Positions 38,278 through 48,486 of a stretch of DNA of 64,000 nucleotides are shown one piece after another; within the stretch, counting starts at the first letter, position 1; every line of letters begins with the position of its first letter. This stretch comes from a bacterium. Its GTDB lineage: Bacteria > Patescibacteriota > Microgenomatia > Curtissbacterales > GWA2-41-24. The notes below the pieces were generated by a model. The model worked only from the letters and a program-made list of their open reading frames with translations, was not told the DNA's origin and did no database searches. The translations under genes and the position numbers were made by a program. Location: contig JAKALT010000002.1 in the NCBI GenBank assembly GCA_021813125.1, positions 11,424-75,423 on the forward strand. The letters run 5' to 3'.

Positions 38278-38688
38278 ATGGCTAAATACCCTGAAGTTAC
38301 TGTAGGCGCGTTTATCCGCAATCAAAAAAATCAAATACTCTTAATAAAGTCTGCCAAATGGGGCAACAAGATCTATGTTGTTCCGGGTGGCCACATAGAA
38401 ATAGGCGAAACTATCGAAAATGCGCTTAAGAGGGAGGTGCTAGAAGAAATAGGTGTCGAAGTTGATTTTATCAGACTCGTTTCAATAAGTGAGGCAATAT
38501 TTCCTAATTTGTATTATAAAAGAAAACACTTTATCTTTCTTGAATGTGAATGTAAGATTAAAAATGGTCAAAAAATTAAGGTTGATAATCGGGAAATTCA
38601 AGAGGCCCGGTGGTTTAGTTTAAAAGATGCTCAAAAGCAAAATACGGATCCGTATACAAAGGCTGTCCTAAAAAAACTAGAAAGTTAA
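38278..38688 (+). CDS. NUDIX hydrolase
   Basis: GGHIEIGETIENALKREVLEEIG Nudix box. Confidence 0.92.
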   Translation: MAKYPEVTVGAFIRNQKNQILLIKSAKWGNKIYVVPGGHIEIGETIENALKREVLEEIGVEVDFIRLVSISEAIFPNLYYKRKHFIFLECECKIKNGQKIKVDNREIQEARWFSLKDAQKQNTDPYTKAVLKKLES

Positions 38689-38792
38689 ATAAATATCTCG
38701 CTTTTAATATTCCCGAATTTTCACTTGCTTTTTTCATATGTATATTCTTAAATAAAAGTGTAGCAGTAAATGTGGAAAGGAGGTGAGAATTT

Positions 38793-39461
38793 GTGATAAA
38801 TGATTTGTCTACTGCAGTTTCTTCAGCCATATTAAAATCACTTGCCGCTTTTATTAATTTCGTACCTGCCTTTATCGGCGGCTTGATAATTTTAATTGTC
38901 GGCCTTGTTATTGCAGCTGTCGTATATCGTGTCGTGTTTGGCCTTTTGAAAATGGTCCAGCTTGAGAAATTTTTGGCGAGGTACGGCGTCACTAAGCTAG
39001 AGGGTAAAGACATCGAATGGAGCGAAATTTTAGCAGAGTTAGGTAGATGGACTATAATAATTGTCTTTTTGGTGCCCACGCTTCAGGCATGGAGACTTGA
39101 TGCCGTTAATACGGTATTAAACAGGGTAATTTTGTACATTCCAAACGTAATTGTGGCTGTTATAGTTGCGATGGTCGGCCTTGCCTTTTCCAGACTCGGA
39201 TACAGAGTTGCCAGAAGCGCGAGTCAGTCGCTGGGAAAACACGTTTCCAATACTGTTGGGCTCGTTGCAGAATGGTCCATTATAGTCTTTGTTGCGTTTT
39301 TGGTCCTTCACCAGTTAGGTGTTGCGCAGGAGCTTCTTAGGATACTCTTTGCGGGCTTAGTGGCAATGCTTGCATTGGCAGGCGGGCTAGCATTTGGTCT
39401 TGGTGGCCAAGGAACAGCAAGGACTTTGCTTGAGGCTTTGATGGATAAGTTCAAGAAATAA
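38793..39461 (+). CDS. TM-helix repeat protein (MscS N-terminal-like)
   Basis: YIPNVIVA, ALAGGLAFGLGG; SD AAGGAGGTGA. Confidence 0.82.
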   Translation: MINDLSTAVSSAILKSLAAFINFVPAFIGGLIILIVGLVIAAVVYRVVFGLLKMVQLEKFLARYGVTKLEGKDIEWSEILAELGRWTIIIVFLVPTLQAWRLDAVNTVLNRVILYIPNVIVAVIVAMVGLAFSRLGYRVARSASQSLGKHVSNTVGLVAEWSIIVFVAFLVLHQLGVAQELLRILFAGLVAMLALAGGLAFGLGGQGTARTLLEALMDKFKK

Positions 39462-39544
39462 CTTTAGGCCCTAGACTTAAGGTTCTAGATTTTAGAGTTA
39501 TGTGTGTTGTGTGGTAAAATTTCCTAGCTTTGTTTTGAAGTTTT

Positions 39545-39616
39545 GGCTCCATCGTCTATCGGTTAGGACGGGACCCTTTCAAGGTCCAAAGCGGGGTTCG
39601 ATTCCCCGTGGAGCCA
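39545..39616 (+). tRNA. tRNA-Glu(TTC)
   Basis: GGCTCCA/TGGAGCC acceptor, anticodon TTC, TTCGATT. Confidence 0.95.
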
Positions 39617-39648
39617 CATAAGCTTTCAATTCTTGATATAATTTGTGA

Positions 39649-40029
39649 ATGGTTGAAAATCGCATTGGTTTGCCAAAAGCACCTATTGAAGAGCGCATTG
39701 TTAACAGTCTAGTTTTCCCCCTCCAACATTTAGAAAGTTGCATAGAACAATTGAGAGATGGTGCTGTGATTACCGGCGAAGCGCTGGAGCATCTTCGACA
39801 AAGTAACCGTGTCTGTCGAAGTATTAACATTGGTGTAGCCGTTTCTGGGCGTATAATCGGCACCGCATTGGTAAGAAGCACTACGGATGGAGTCAAAGGT
39901 AAACTTTTAAGAGCGAGTGGTGTTTTGATACTTGAACATGCAGCAAACCAAGCTAAAGCCGCTGACGAAAAGTTGCGAATGCAAGGCGTACTTAACTCAA
40001 AAGATTCGATTAGCAAGCACGATCTTTAA
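39649..40029 (+). CDS. Hypothetical protein
   Basis: TGnTATAAT 7 nt before ATG. Confidence 0.6.
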   Translation: MVENRIGLPKAPIEERIVNSLVFPLQHLESCIEQLRDGAVITGEALEHLRQSNRVCRSINIGVAVSGRIIGTALVRSTTDGVKGKLLRASGVLILEHAANQAKAADEKLRMQGVLNSKDSISKHDL

Positions 40030-40442
40030 TTTGTTGTGGAATTGTCATTAGCAAACCTGATCATCCATTTTGTAATCCTGCCACAAATTGTGTTTGTTAG
40101 TGTTTCACCGTTTTGAACTAAAAATTCTTGCAGGGCAACTAAATCATTAATACTACTTCTGCACTCTTCTTTAAACCATCCTTGCAAACACGGATTACTT
40201 TTTAAATCCTCTTGTTGCCTGATGCTTTGGGCTAAGGCTAGCGGGTTTCCTCTTATTTGCATATCCCCATCCAGGATATCGTCCATTTGCCTCATAAAAA
40301 AATATGAAGCCCTGGCAACTTGTCCAAGCTCTCTTTCTTTGCAAGAAAGGGCATAGAGGCCGAGCACTAACGTTATATGGCTTGGCGTATCTTTTTTAGC
40401 CAACCGTAAAGCTTCTCTTGCGTTTTCCCACTCAACACCCAT
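40026..40442 (-). pseudogene. Short isoprenoid-synthase-like (squalene/phytoene synthase) ORF, probably internally deleted
   Basis: YFFMRQMDDILDGD first Asp motif present; only ~138 aa and no second motif. Confidence 0.45.
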
Positions 40443-40516
40443 ATTCGATACGCCATTATCTAATACGAAGATACGAGGTTCAACAGCAGAGAGTAGAGCA
40501 CACAAAAAACAATAGT

Positions 40517-40927
40517 TTATTTAATAAGGAGAAACGCTCCAAGAACAATCAACAGTCCACCGATAACGGACTTGGCAGTAAGCGATTCTCCTAAAAACAA
40601 AGCAGCAAAAAGGATTACAAAAACTACACTTAGCCTGTCTATTGCGGAAACTGATGTTGCGGGGCCTAATTTGAGCGCAAAAAAATAAAAGAACCAGGAA
40701 AGGGCACCGGCAATGCCTGCTAATAAAATGTATAAATAGGCTTTATTGGAAATCTGGGATAGGTCCCATTTTCTCAAAAAAAGTGATGCCAGGATCAATA
40801 AAGCCGCCATCACTATTGCTCTTAGGGTAGTTGCTAGAGTTGTATCCACTTTCCCAAGCCCGATTTTGCCGAATATCGCAACGAGGGCTGCAAAGATTGC
40901 AGAAAGAGAAGCAAATATTAAATACAT
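40517..40927 (-). CDS. EamA/DMT family transporter (single domain)
   Basis: AIFGKIGL..VDTTLAT, VSAIDRLSVV, LFLGE. Confidence 0.9.
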   Translation of the reverse strand: MYLIFASLSAIFAALVAIFGKIGLGKVDTTLATTLRAIVMAALLILASLFLRKWDLSQISNKAYLYILLAGIAGALSWFFYFFALKLGPATSVSAIDRLSVVFVILFAALFLGESLTAKSVIGGLLIVLGAFLLIK

Positions 40928-40959
40928 TTGTTTATTATAATTAGCAACCCCAGCGAAAA

Positions 40960-42912
40960 CTAGATTGCGACTGAACACCTTGAAAGCTCTGCATTTACCG
41001 ACTGTTTTAGGTTCATATCATTGTAACTTTTTTGCTGCATTTCGCGAGCAAAATTCAAAGCCAGATCACATTTATTCTGTCTTGCGTTAATTACCGACAT
41101 ATAGAAACTGAAGATTGGATCTTTGGGAATTATACTTCTTGATTCAACCGCCAGTTTTGTCGCCGCTTCTAGGTCATTTTTGTTATTTAAATAGTACAAA
41201 ACCAGTTGCGAGCGCGCAAAAGCGTTTTTGTTGTCAAAACCGATTAAATCATGGAGCTGTTTTACTGCCTGATCCTCGTCTTTTGTATCAAACGACAGAT
41301 TTAAGGGATAATATGCTTTTTGTGCCTGAATTTTGGACAAATCAACAGGCAATTTTTCAATGACATCGCTCCTTGCGTAAACTATGGCATCCGAATCAAC
41401 ATAGACTAATTTCCAGTTCGGCAACCTGTAGACAGGAGTAAAATTATCGTAAATAGAATCGTATTGACTATTTACTACGGTATCGATATTGTAAATGTGT
41501 ATTAATTCTTGCCAATTTTCTGTACCCGCGCTGAGGTTACCTTCATTTTTTAAATCCTCTGCCGTACGAAAGTCCCAAAGAGAGTCTGAGAATGTTTTTG
41601 TACCTGGCAAATACCAAAGAAAATAATTATCCCAAAGTTTCGACGTAAAAATTCGACGGGAGTTTAGGTTGTTAAAGATAAAGGATGGAATACCGGGTGG
41701 AAATTGTTCCGTCCAACCAAAATTCCGAACTGCAATATAATTTCCTTTTGCATCTTGATTGTACCGCCAATATTGACGCCATCCTAATACGTGGCCAACA
41801 AGTACTGAACCAACTGTCAATGAAAGTATTACAAGGTAAACGGTTGCCAGGGCGTATTTAAAAATTGATTTATTGAAATTTGCTTTAGTTATTAGAGAAA
41901 ACAGATAAGGGAAAATTATCACGATACTTGCCGATATATAGCGAAAATACTTAAAGGGAATTAAGAATATTGCAAAGTATATTGCAAATTGTGCATGTTT
42001 AAAATAATTTTTTGGCTTTTTAAAAAGATAGACTGCTTGTAAGACAAATAATATTAGTAAGACAATTACGTAGCCGTATATTTCAAATGGTATCTGGTTA
42101 ATGTAATCCATTTTGATCTTTCCAAGTCTTTGTGTAATTGAATCCATTTCGCCTACGTCAAAATTTCCAACAAGATTAACCTGAGAGAAGTAGAATGTTT
42201 TGCTAAATTGGAGAGTTGCAACTAATAGAGAAATCAGTGCAATAGATAAAAATAGTTTTAGGCTTTTGTCAAAAACTTTATATTTAAGACCCGAAAAGGC
42301 CGCCCACGCTGTCCAAAAAGATAGTATTACGTAACCTACAACCACAAAAGGGTGCATATTTGGCCAAGCCAAAAAAACCAAAGGCAATAACCACGCAAGT
42401 TTTGACAAACGCTTTTTTGAGCATTGGTAAAAACAGATATAATTTATAAGCGTAAGGGATAACAAACTAAAATTTTCCACCCGGTCGAGACTTAACCTAG
42501 CAGTTATTACATAACCTAAAAAGATCAGTGCAGTGTTAGTCAGTAGGTTATTTTCAATGAAAATCTTTATTGTTAAGTAAATGAAAAAAATAATGCCTAG
42601 CCCGAAAAAAATTCTCTCTAAATAGATGGTTTTTAAGCCCAAAATATGAACAGGCACGTACATTAAAAAACTTGAAAGCCATTCTGTTGAGCGATTTAGG
42701 TAGAATTCATTTCTACTTGAACCATAAACAAATCCGTCATTACTTGGTACGCTTTTTTGCTGCCATATTTGTCTTCCAAGCGAGAGGTGCCAATAAGAAT
42801 CAGTGGACCCTGGAGCCGTGTGAGATCTGACGAAATATATACAAAGAAGAATAAACGTAAAAAGGGTTAATAAGCTTATTTGCTTAAGTTTACCAATGAA
42901 ATAATTGAACAC
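40960..42912 (-). CDS. Multi-TM membrane protein (GT-C-like) with TPR-like tail
   Basis: DSYWHLSLGRQI, WPNMH; many TMs. Confidence 0.7.
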   Translation of the reverse strand: MFNYFIGKLKQISLLTLFTFILLCIYFVRSHTAPGSTDSYWHLSLGRQIWQQKSVPSNDGFVYGSSRNEFYLNRSTEWLSSFLMYVPVHILGLKTIYLERIFFGLGIIFFIYLTIKIFIENNLLTNTALIFLGYVITARLSLDRVENFSLLSLTLINYICFYQCSKKRLSKLAWLLPLVFLAWPNMHPFVVVGYVILSFWTAWAAFSGLKYKVFDKSLKLFLSIALISLLVATLQFSKTFYFSQVNLVGNFDVGEMDSITQRLGKIKMDYINQIPFEIYGYVIVLLILFVLQAVYLFKKPKNYFKHAQFAIYFAIFLIPFKYFRYISASIVIIFPYLFSLITKANFNKSIFKYALATVYLVILSLTVGSVLVGHVLGWRQYWRYNQDAKGNYIAVRNFGWTEQFPPGIPSFIFNNLNSRRIFTSKLWDNYFLWYLPGTKTFSDSLWDFRTAEDLKNEGNLSAGTENWQELIHIYNIDTVVNSQYDSIYDNFTPVYRLPNWKLVYVDSDAIVYARSDVIEKLPVDLSKIQAQKAYYPLNLSFDTKDEDQAVKQLHDLIGFDNKNAFARSQLVLYYLNNKNDLEAATKLAVESRSIIPKDPIFSFYMSVINARQNKCDLALNFAREMQQKSYNDMNLKQSVNAELSRCSVAI

Positions 42913-42954
42913 GTCACATTAATATAATCAAATTTACTTATAATGAGAAGGCGG

Positions 42955-43599
42955 TTATTTTGAAAAGTACTTTGTGCTTTTGAGAAAACCTATCGAAAGA
43001 ACTCCGAAAAGTGCGCCGAGAAGTATCCCTCCTACAACATCGCTTAACCAGTGTTCTCCGAGATAAATTCTAGATATTGCCATCAGCAGCAATGATATAA
43101 CAAAAAAAGTTGATGCTGAAACTCTATTTTTAGAGGAAGACAAATAATAAAGGAGCAGCACAATTATAAAGGTCGTTCTAAACATATGTCCCGAAGGATA
43201 AGAATAGTTTGTGTGAACGTATGTTGTTGGGAACAAAATATCTACGTGGCGAAAAAACAGCTTAGGTGGAGAAGGGTGAAATAAGTACAGTTTTCCACTT
43301 AGCTCTGCCAGCGTTCCGATTATAAACGCGAAAACAACGTATATTGCCGGTTTTATGCTTCTGCCATATTTGGAAATTAAAATTGCCGCTAAAACAGCAG
43401 CAGTTACCTCAAACGAACCCAAAAAACTCAAAAATGAAAAAGGTAGGTCAAGCAAATGGGGTATTACTTTTTGGAAAAAGATTGTTGCCTGGGTGTCTAA
43501 TTTTGCGAAGAAATTTAATCCGACAACAACTGTGAAGGTTACAAATAAGCCAAAAAACCCAAGGGCTTGAGTTTTTAACCTTTCATTTTTTTTGGACAT
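42955..43599 (-). CDS. PAP2 family phosphatase
   Basis: SYPSGH, SRIYLGEHWLSDV. Confidence 0.92.
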   Translation of the reverse strand: MSKKNERLKTQALGFFGLFVTFTVVVGLNFFAKLDTQATIFFQKVIPHLLDLPFSFLSFLGSFEVTAAVLAAILISKYGRSIKPAIYVVFAFIIGTLAELSGKLYLFHPSPPKLFFRHVDILFPTTYVHTNYSYPSGHMFRTTFIIVLLLYYLSSSKNRVSASTFFVISLLLMAISRIYLGEHWLSDVVGGILLGALFGVLSIGFLKSTKYFSK

Positions 43600-43652
43600 T
43601 AGTTAATTTTAGCAAATGGAATTATCAGATGCTTTTTTATATAATCTTTAAA

Positions 43653-43904
43653 GTGTTGAAAATTGTACTTTACACAACAACGACTTGTCCGTTTTGCAAA
43701 ATGCAAAAGGATTACCTAAAGTCCAAAAATATAGATTTTTCCGAAATACTAGTTGATGAAAATCCCGAAGAGGCTCAAAAAATGATTGAACTTTCGGGGC
43801 AATTAGGCGTTCCTTTTACGGTTATCACAAAAGACGACGGCTCTTTGGAAAAAATCTTAGGTTTTGACAAAGCAAGGCTTGATTCAATTTTGGGATTTAA
43901 CTGA
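43653..43904 (+). CDS. Glutaredoxin (NrdH/YruB-like)
   Basis: CPFC, GQLGVP, GFD. Confidence 0.9.
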   Translation: MLKIVLYTTTTCPFCKMQKDYLKSKNIDFSEILVDENPEEAQKMIELSGQLGVPFTVITKDDGSLEKILGFDKARLDSILGFN

Positions 43905-43914
43905 CTTCTGACAT

Positions 43915-44760
43915 TTATTTACCTGCGCAGAGAGTGTTGAGAGAATTGATATCGCTTTGCGTTGGTTTTAAGGATTCTGTTGTATAGGGATACATGATTG
44001 AGCTTGAGTCTTCGTTATGGCTAATTCCCAGCGCGTGCCCTAATTCGTGCGCAATTGTGTGTTCGAGCTCATTTTTTGTGCTGTTAAAATAAATTTCAAT
44101 TCTGTTTTCCTGGCCAATATACAGGCCTTCTTCGGGTTTTTGGGCAAGTTCCGCATTAAACTTTTCGATTTTTTGATTAAGATTTTTAACGTTACTGTTG
44201 TAATTTGCTGTCTGCAAATTCAGCTTTTGGGCTAAAGTATTAATGCTGTCCGACTGCTTTTGAAGATCTTGCTGCTGCTTTATAAGTTTATTATATTCAT
44301 CCGGAGGTGCTCCCCCTTTTTGATTCCAGTAATCAATTTGACTGTTTAAATTGGCGACACGAGTTTTAAAATCGGCTACAAGCTGATTATATTGGGCTAT
44401 TTGAGGCTGAAGATCTTGTTTGCCACCTTGAAGAGTGTTTTCTAAATTGTTGATTTGGCTTGTTAAAGCTTGCCTTTGGTCGTAAATCATGTTTATTTGC
44501 AGTTTTGCATTTGGGTCGTATGCAAATAATTGCTTTCCTTCTGCTTTATTCCATATATCCGCAGCACTTTGGATGTCAGACTTAAGTTGGTCTTGCGAGA
44601 TATTGAAGCGGCTGTCAACAAAACCTATGCTGTAGTACGTTGGTTTGTCGCAGGGCGATTTGTTAAGTAGCTTTTCAACGTTGAAAGTTTTAGGGTAAAC
44701 GTGCGTTAAGACAACCGCAATTATTGTTATATAGATTGCAAAATAGGCAAGCTTTTTCAT
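43915..44760 (-). CDS. Matrixin (M10) metalloprotease with coiled-coil insert
   Basis: HELGHALGISH, SIMYP Met-turn. Confidence 0.9.
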   Translation of the reverse strand: MKKLAYFAIYITIIAVVLTHVYPKTFNVEKLLNKSPCDKPTYYSIGFVDSRFNISQDQLKSDIQSAADIWNKAEGKQLFAYDPNAKLQINMIYDQRQALTSQINNLENTLQGGKQDLQPQIAQYNQLVADFKTRVANLNSQIDYWNQKGGAPPDEYNKLIKQQQDLQKQSDSINTLAQKLNLQTANYNSNVKNLNQKIEKFNAELAQKPEEGLYIGQENRIEIYFNSTKNELEHTIAHELGHALGISHNEDSSSIMYPYTTESLKPTQSDINSLNTLCAGK

Positions 44761-44795
44761 TATCTGCCACTATTTTACTTGATTAGGAAAATTTT

Positions 44796-46160
44796 TTGTT
44801 TAATACTAAAATAGTGCGGTTAACTTTTTTTGGGGCCACGCGTGAGGTTACAGGTTCAAGTATCCTAATTGAGGCAGCCAACCGGAAGATCCTTTTGGAT
44901 TGCGGACTCTTTCAGGGAACTAAGTCGAGCGAGGAAAGAAACTATGCTCCATTTTCATTTAGAGCAGCCGACATTGATTTTGTTGTAATTTGTCATGCCC
45001 ATTTAGACCATACGGGCAGACTGCCCAAGCTGGCGCGGGAAGGGTTTCGCGGGAAGGTTTTTGCAACAGCGCCCACGCGAGAACTTACTCAGCTTGTTTT
45101 GGAAGACAGTGAAAAGCTTATGGAAGAAAAAGCGGAGCGTGAAAATATTCCACCACTTTACGAACTTGAGGATGTAGCGAGAATACTTGAGCTGTTTGAG
45201 GCTCTTGCCTACGAAGAAACCATTGAAATTTCTCCGGGGATTAAACTGACCTTAAAAAACGCCGGACACATACTCGGATCTGCCATTGCTATTGTAGAGA
45301 GCGAAGGCGTTAGAGTTGCCTATTCAAGCGATTTGGGCAATGTTCCCTCTTTACTTTTGAACCCGCCCGCCCATGTAGATAACGCCGATTACGTTATTTG
45401 TGAAAGCACTTACGGTGGAAGGGTACACGAGGATATAAAATTGAGAAAGTTGAAACTTGCCGAAGTTATAAATAATACTATAGCCCAGAACGGAATATTG
45501 ATGATTCCAAGTTTTGCCATTGAGCGAACCCAAGAGCTTCTTCATGATATTGAGGATTTTTGTTCAATCTCAGGATGCGAAAGACCTACGTTTTATCTGG
45601 ACAGCCCTCTAGCGCAAAAGGTAACTGCAGTCTTTGGAAAATACCCGGAATACTTGAGCGAAACGTTAAGGAAAAACCATAAGAACAAAAACTTTTTTGG
45701 GCTTGAGCGAATTCATTTTGCAAATACTGTAGAGGAATCAAAACAACTGGAGTTTGCGCCAAACCCCAAAGTTATTATCGCGGGATCGGGCATGATGAAC
45801 GGCGGCAGAATTCTTCATCATCTTTTAAATTTTGCAGGGGACGGCAAGAACAGCATTCTGATTTTGGGTTACCAGGCCCAGGGGACTTTAGGCAGAAAAA
45901 TATTTGAAGGCAATCGAGAGATTAAGATTTACGGCAAAAAGATTATCGTAAATGCCCAGATTAAGTCGATTGGCTCTTACAGCGCTCATGCAGATATGCC
46001 ACAGCTTATAGACTGGCTTTCCTATTCCAAAAACGTCAAAACGATTTTTTTAACGCATGGTGAAGTTGACCAGCAGTTAACCTTATCCTCGAAAATCAAA
46101 TCCGAGCTCGGCAAGCAGGTCGTTATCCCGCAAATGGGTGAATCACATGACTTATACTAG
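44796..46160 (+). CDS. MBL-fold beta-CASP ribonuclease
   Basis: HAHLDH, AGHILG, ESTYG, YSAHAD, THGE. Confidence 0.92.
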   Translation: MFNTKIVRLTFFGATREVTGSSILIEAANRKILLDCGLFQGTKSSEERNYAPFSFRAADIDFVVICHAHLDHTGRLPKLAREGFRGKVFATAPTRELTQLVLEDSEKLMEEKAERENIPPLYELEDVARILELFEALAYEETIEISPGIKLTLKNAGHILGSAIAIVESEGVRVAYSSDLGNVPSLLLNPPAHVDNADYVICESTYGGRVHEDIKLRKLKLAEVINNTIAQNGILMIPSFAIERTQELLHDIEDFCSISGCERPTFYLDSPLAQKVTAVFGKYPEYLSETLRKNHKNKNFFGLERIHFANTVEESKQLEFAPNPKVIIAGSGMMNGGRILHHLLNFAGDGKNSILILGYQAQGTLGRKIFEGNREIKIYGKKIIVNAQIKSIGSYSAHADMPQLIDWLSYSKNVKTIFLTHGEVDQQLTLSSKIKSELGKQVVIPQMGESHDLY

Positions 46161-46166
46161 AAAAAA

Positions 46167-46811
46167 ATGGCAAAAATAGTACCGGGAATATTGACAGCAG
46201 ACGAGAAGGTGTACATTGAAAGACTACGCTTGGCCGAACATTTAAGTGATCTTATACAGATCGATGTAGTTGACGGGAAGTTTTCAAAAAATATAACAGT
46301 CGGCGCTGAAATTATCGAAAAGTACCCTTCAAGTTCATTTTTGGAAATACAGCTTATGGTTTTGGACCCGATACCTTACATAAGTGCCTTGGGGCAACTT
46401 GAATTTGTTTCCAGAATAATTTTTCCATTTGAAATCACTGTAAACCGAAATGAGGCCGTTTATTCTATCAAGAAATTCGACAAACAGGTTGGCCTTTCGT
46501 TGAACCCTGATACTCCTGTCGAGGATGCTTATGATTATTTTAGTGATTTGGACCTGCTGCTTCTTATGACCGGAAACCCCGGATACTCGGGCCAGGCGCT
46601 TGGAAAAGATACTTTTAAAAGAATTAAAGAAGCAAAACTTTTGGATTTAACGCTTCCCCTTGAAATTGATATAGGGGTTAATGAGGAGAATACGAGGCAG
46701 CTTGCTTTGGCGGGGGCTGATTTTTTAGTAACGTCATCGGCAATTTTTAATGCTAAGGATACTAAAGTTGCCTTCGATAAACTTGATATGCTTGCTAAAG
46801 TTAAACGATAA
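46167..46811 (+). CDS. rpe: Ribulose-phosphate 3-epimerase-like (divergent metal site)
   Basis: QIDVVDGKF, EIQLMV, LNPDTP, PGYSGQ, IDIG. Confidence 0.8.
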   Translation: MAKIVPGILTADEKVYIERLRLAEHLSDLIQIDVVDGKFSKNITVGAEIIEKYPSSSFLEIQLMVLDPIPYISALGQLEFVSRIIFPFEITVNRNEAVYSIKKFDKQVGLSLNPDTPVEDAYDYFSDLDLLLLMTGNPGYSGQALGKDTFKRIKEAKLLDLTLPLEIDIGVNEENTRQLALAGADFLVTSSAIFNAKDTKVAFDKLDMLAKVKR

Positions 46812-46835
46812 TAGTATAAGATCCATTTAACAAAA

Positions 46836-47471
46836 ATGCTTAAAAAGCCTGTCCGTTCTGTTTTTGGCGAGGAAGCCCAGATTAAAAACATCACTTTTTT
46901 AGGTTATGCAGACGCAAAAGAAGCTGATGACCCCTTTAAGTCGGCTTTTAAAACTGCGGCGTTATGCGCAAAACACGGTTACACGGTTGTTAACGGAGCT
47001 GGCCCGGGAATAATGAAAGCGGCAACGCTTGGAGCACAAAGTGAAGGCGGAAAAACGATCGGTGTGACTTTCTACCCAAAGGACATACCTGTTTTTGAAG
47101 GGCGTGACGAGACTAATAAAGTAGATGAGCTGATTGTTGAGAAAAATTATTTAGAAAGGACGCTGAAGCTTCTTGAAATTGGCCAAGTTTTTATTATTTT
47201 TAACGGAGGAACCGGAACAATTTCCGAATTCGGAATGGCCTGGGGGCTGGCAAGGCTTTATTTTGGGCACCATAAGCCACTTATTCTCTTCGGTGATTTC
47301 TGGCAGGAGATTATTTTCGCATTTACACGAGGGATGTATATAAGGCCAGAGGAACGGCTGGTTTTTCAAATTGTAAACAAGCCCGAAGATGCAATAAAGG
47401 CAATTGAAGAATTAAAAAAAGAATTCAAACCGTCTGATCACAACCATCAGCATCCAACTTTTTCTATTTAG
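46836..47471 (+). CDS. LOG/YgdH family Rossmann-fold protein
   Basis: GAGPGIM, GGTGTISE. Confidence 0.85.
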   Translation: MLKKPVRSVFGEEAQIKNITFLGYADAKEADDPFKSAFKTAALCAKHGYTVVNGAGPGIMKAATLGAQSEGGKTIGVTFYPKDIPVFEGRDETNKVDELIVEKNYLERTLKLLEIGQVFIIFNGGTGTISEFGMAWGLARLYFGHHKPLILFGDFWQEIIFAFTRGMYIRPEERLVFQIVNKPEDAIKAIEELKKEFKPSDHNHQHPTFSI

Positions 47472-48467
47472 ATGGGCAAAGCAATTGACCTTATAACTGT
47501 TGGAGACTCTACAATCGACACTTACATAAAAATTGAGGACGCTTCTGTTTTTTGTGATATTAATTCCAAAGACTGCAAAATTTGCATTGAATACGGCAGC
47601 AAAATCCCTGTTGAAGCAATAGCCCATGGGGTAGCCGGAAACGCTGCCAATGTCGCTGTGGCGACATCAGTACTCGGTCTTAAGTCAGGAATCTATACCA
47701 ACCTCGGGAAAGACACTCAAGGAGATCTAATAAAAAATGCGCTGGTCTCAAAGGGTGTTTTGGCAGATTACATAGTAGAGTCTTCCGATAAAAGTTCAAA
47801 TCTATCGGTTGTTTTAACCTTTCAAGGAGAGAGGACAATTTTTGTTTATCACCAAAATTGGGATTATAAATTACCGGTGGATATGACGCCTTCAGGTTGG
47901 CTCTATCTAACTTCCATGGCAGAAACGTTCACCAAATCTAATCTGATGGAAGAGGTTTGCAGATATGTTGACAAGACAGGTTCAAAACTTGTTTTTGCGC
48001 CGGGAACTTATCAGCTTAAAGCCGACATTAAAAAATATCCGAGGGTTTTGGAACGGTGTGAAATTTTGATAGTAAATTTAGAAGAAGCGCGCAAAATTTT
48101 GGGTCTTGAGGACCTGGACGGGATTAACATTCGCGATATCCTTTCCAAATTACTGCTTATGGGGCCCAAAATAGTTGTAGTCACAAGCGGCGATGAGGGT
48201 TCTTACGCTTCCGACGGGAAAGAATATTTACGACTGGGCATTTACCCAACGCATGTTGTTGAAAAAACCGGCGCCGGGGATGCATATTCGGCTGCATTTG
48301 TAAGTGCTCTAAATTACGGTATGAAGTTTAGTGAAGCCATGGTGTGGGGTTCTATAAATTCCGCCCATGCAATTTCTTCGATTGGTGCGCAAAATGGCCT
48401 GATGGGCCGTGAAGAAATAGAGAGATACCGCGCTACTGTCCCAGAATTTGTGGCAAGCGCCCTCTAA
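47472..48467 (+). CDS. PfkB family carbohydrate kinase
   Basis: GNAANVA, TGAGDAY. Confidence 0.9.
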   Translation: MGKAIDLITVGDSTIDTYIKIEDASVFCDINSKDCKICIEYGSKIPVEAIAHGVAGNAANVAVATSVLGLKSGIYTNLGKDTQGDLIKNALVSKGVLADYIVESSDKSSNLSVVLTFQGERTIFVYHQNWDYKLPVDMTPSGWLYLTSMAETFTKSNLMEEVCRYVDKTGSKLVFAPGTYQLKADIKKYPRVLERCEILIVNLEEARKILGLEDLDGINIRDILSKLLLMGPKIVVVTSGDEGSYASDGKEYLRLGIYPTHVVEKTGAGDAYSAAFVSALNYGMKFSEAMVWGSINSAHAISSIGAQNGLMGREEIERYRATVPEFVASAL

Positions 48468-48486
48468 ATCGTTTATCATAGTTATA

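Noticed and set aside
39579-40016. 145-aa minus-strand ORF
   Set aside because: It overlaps tRNA-Glu and is antisense to the + ORF that has a promoter-linked start.
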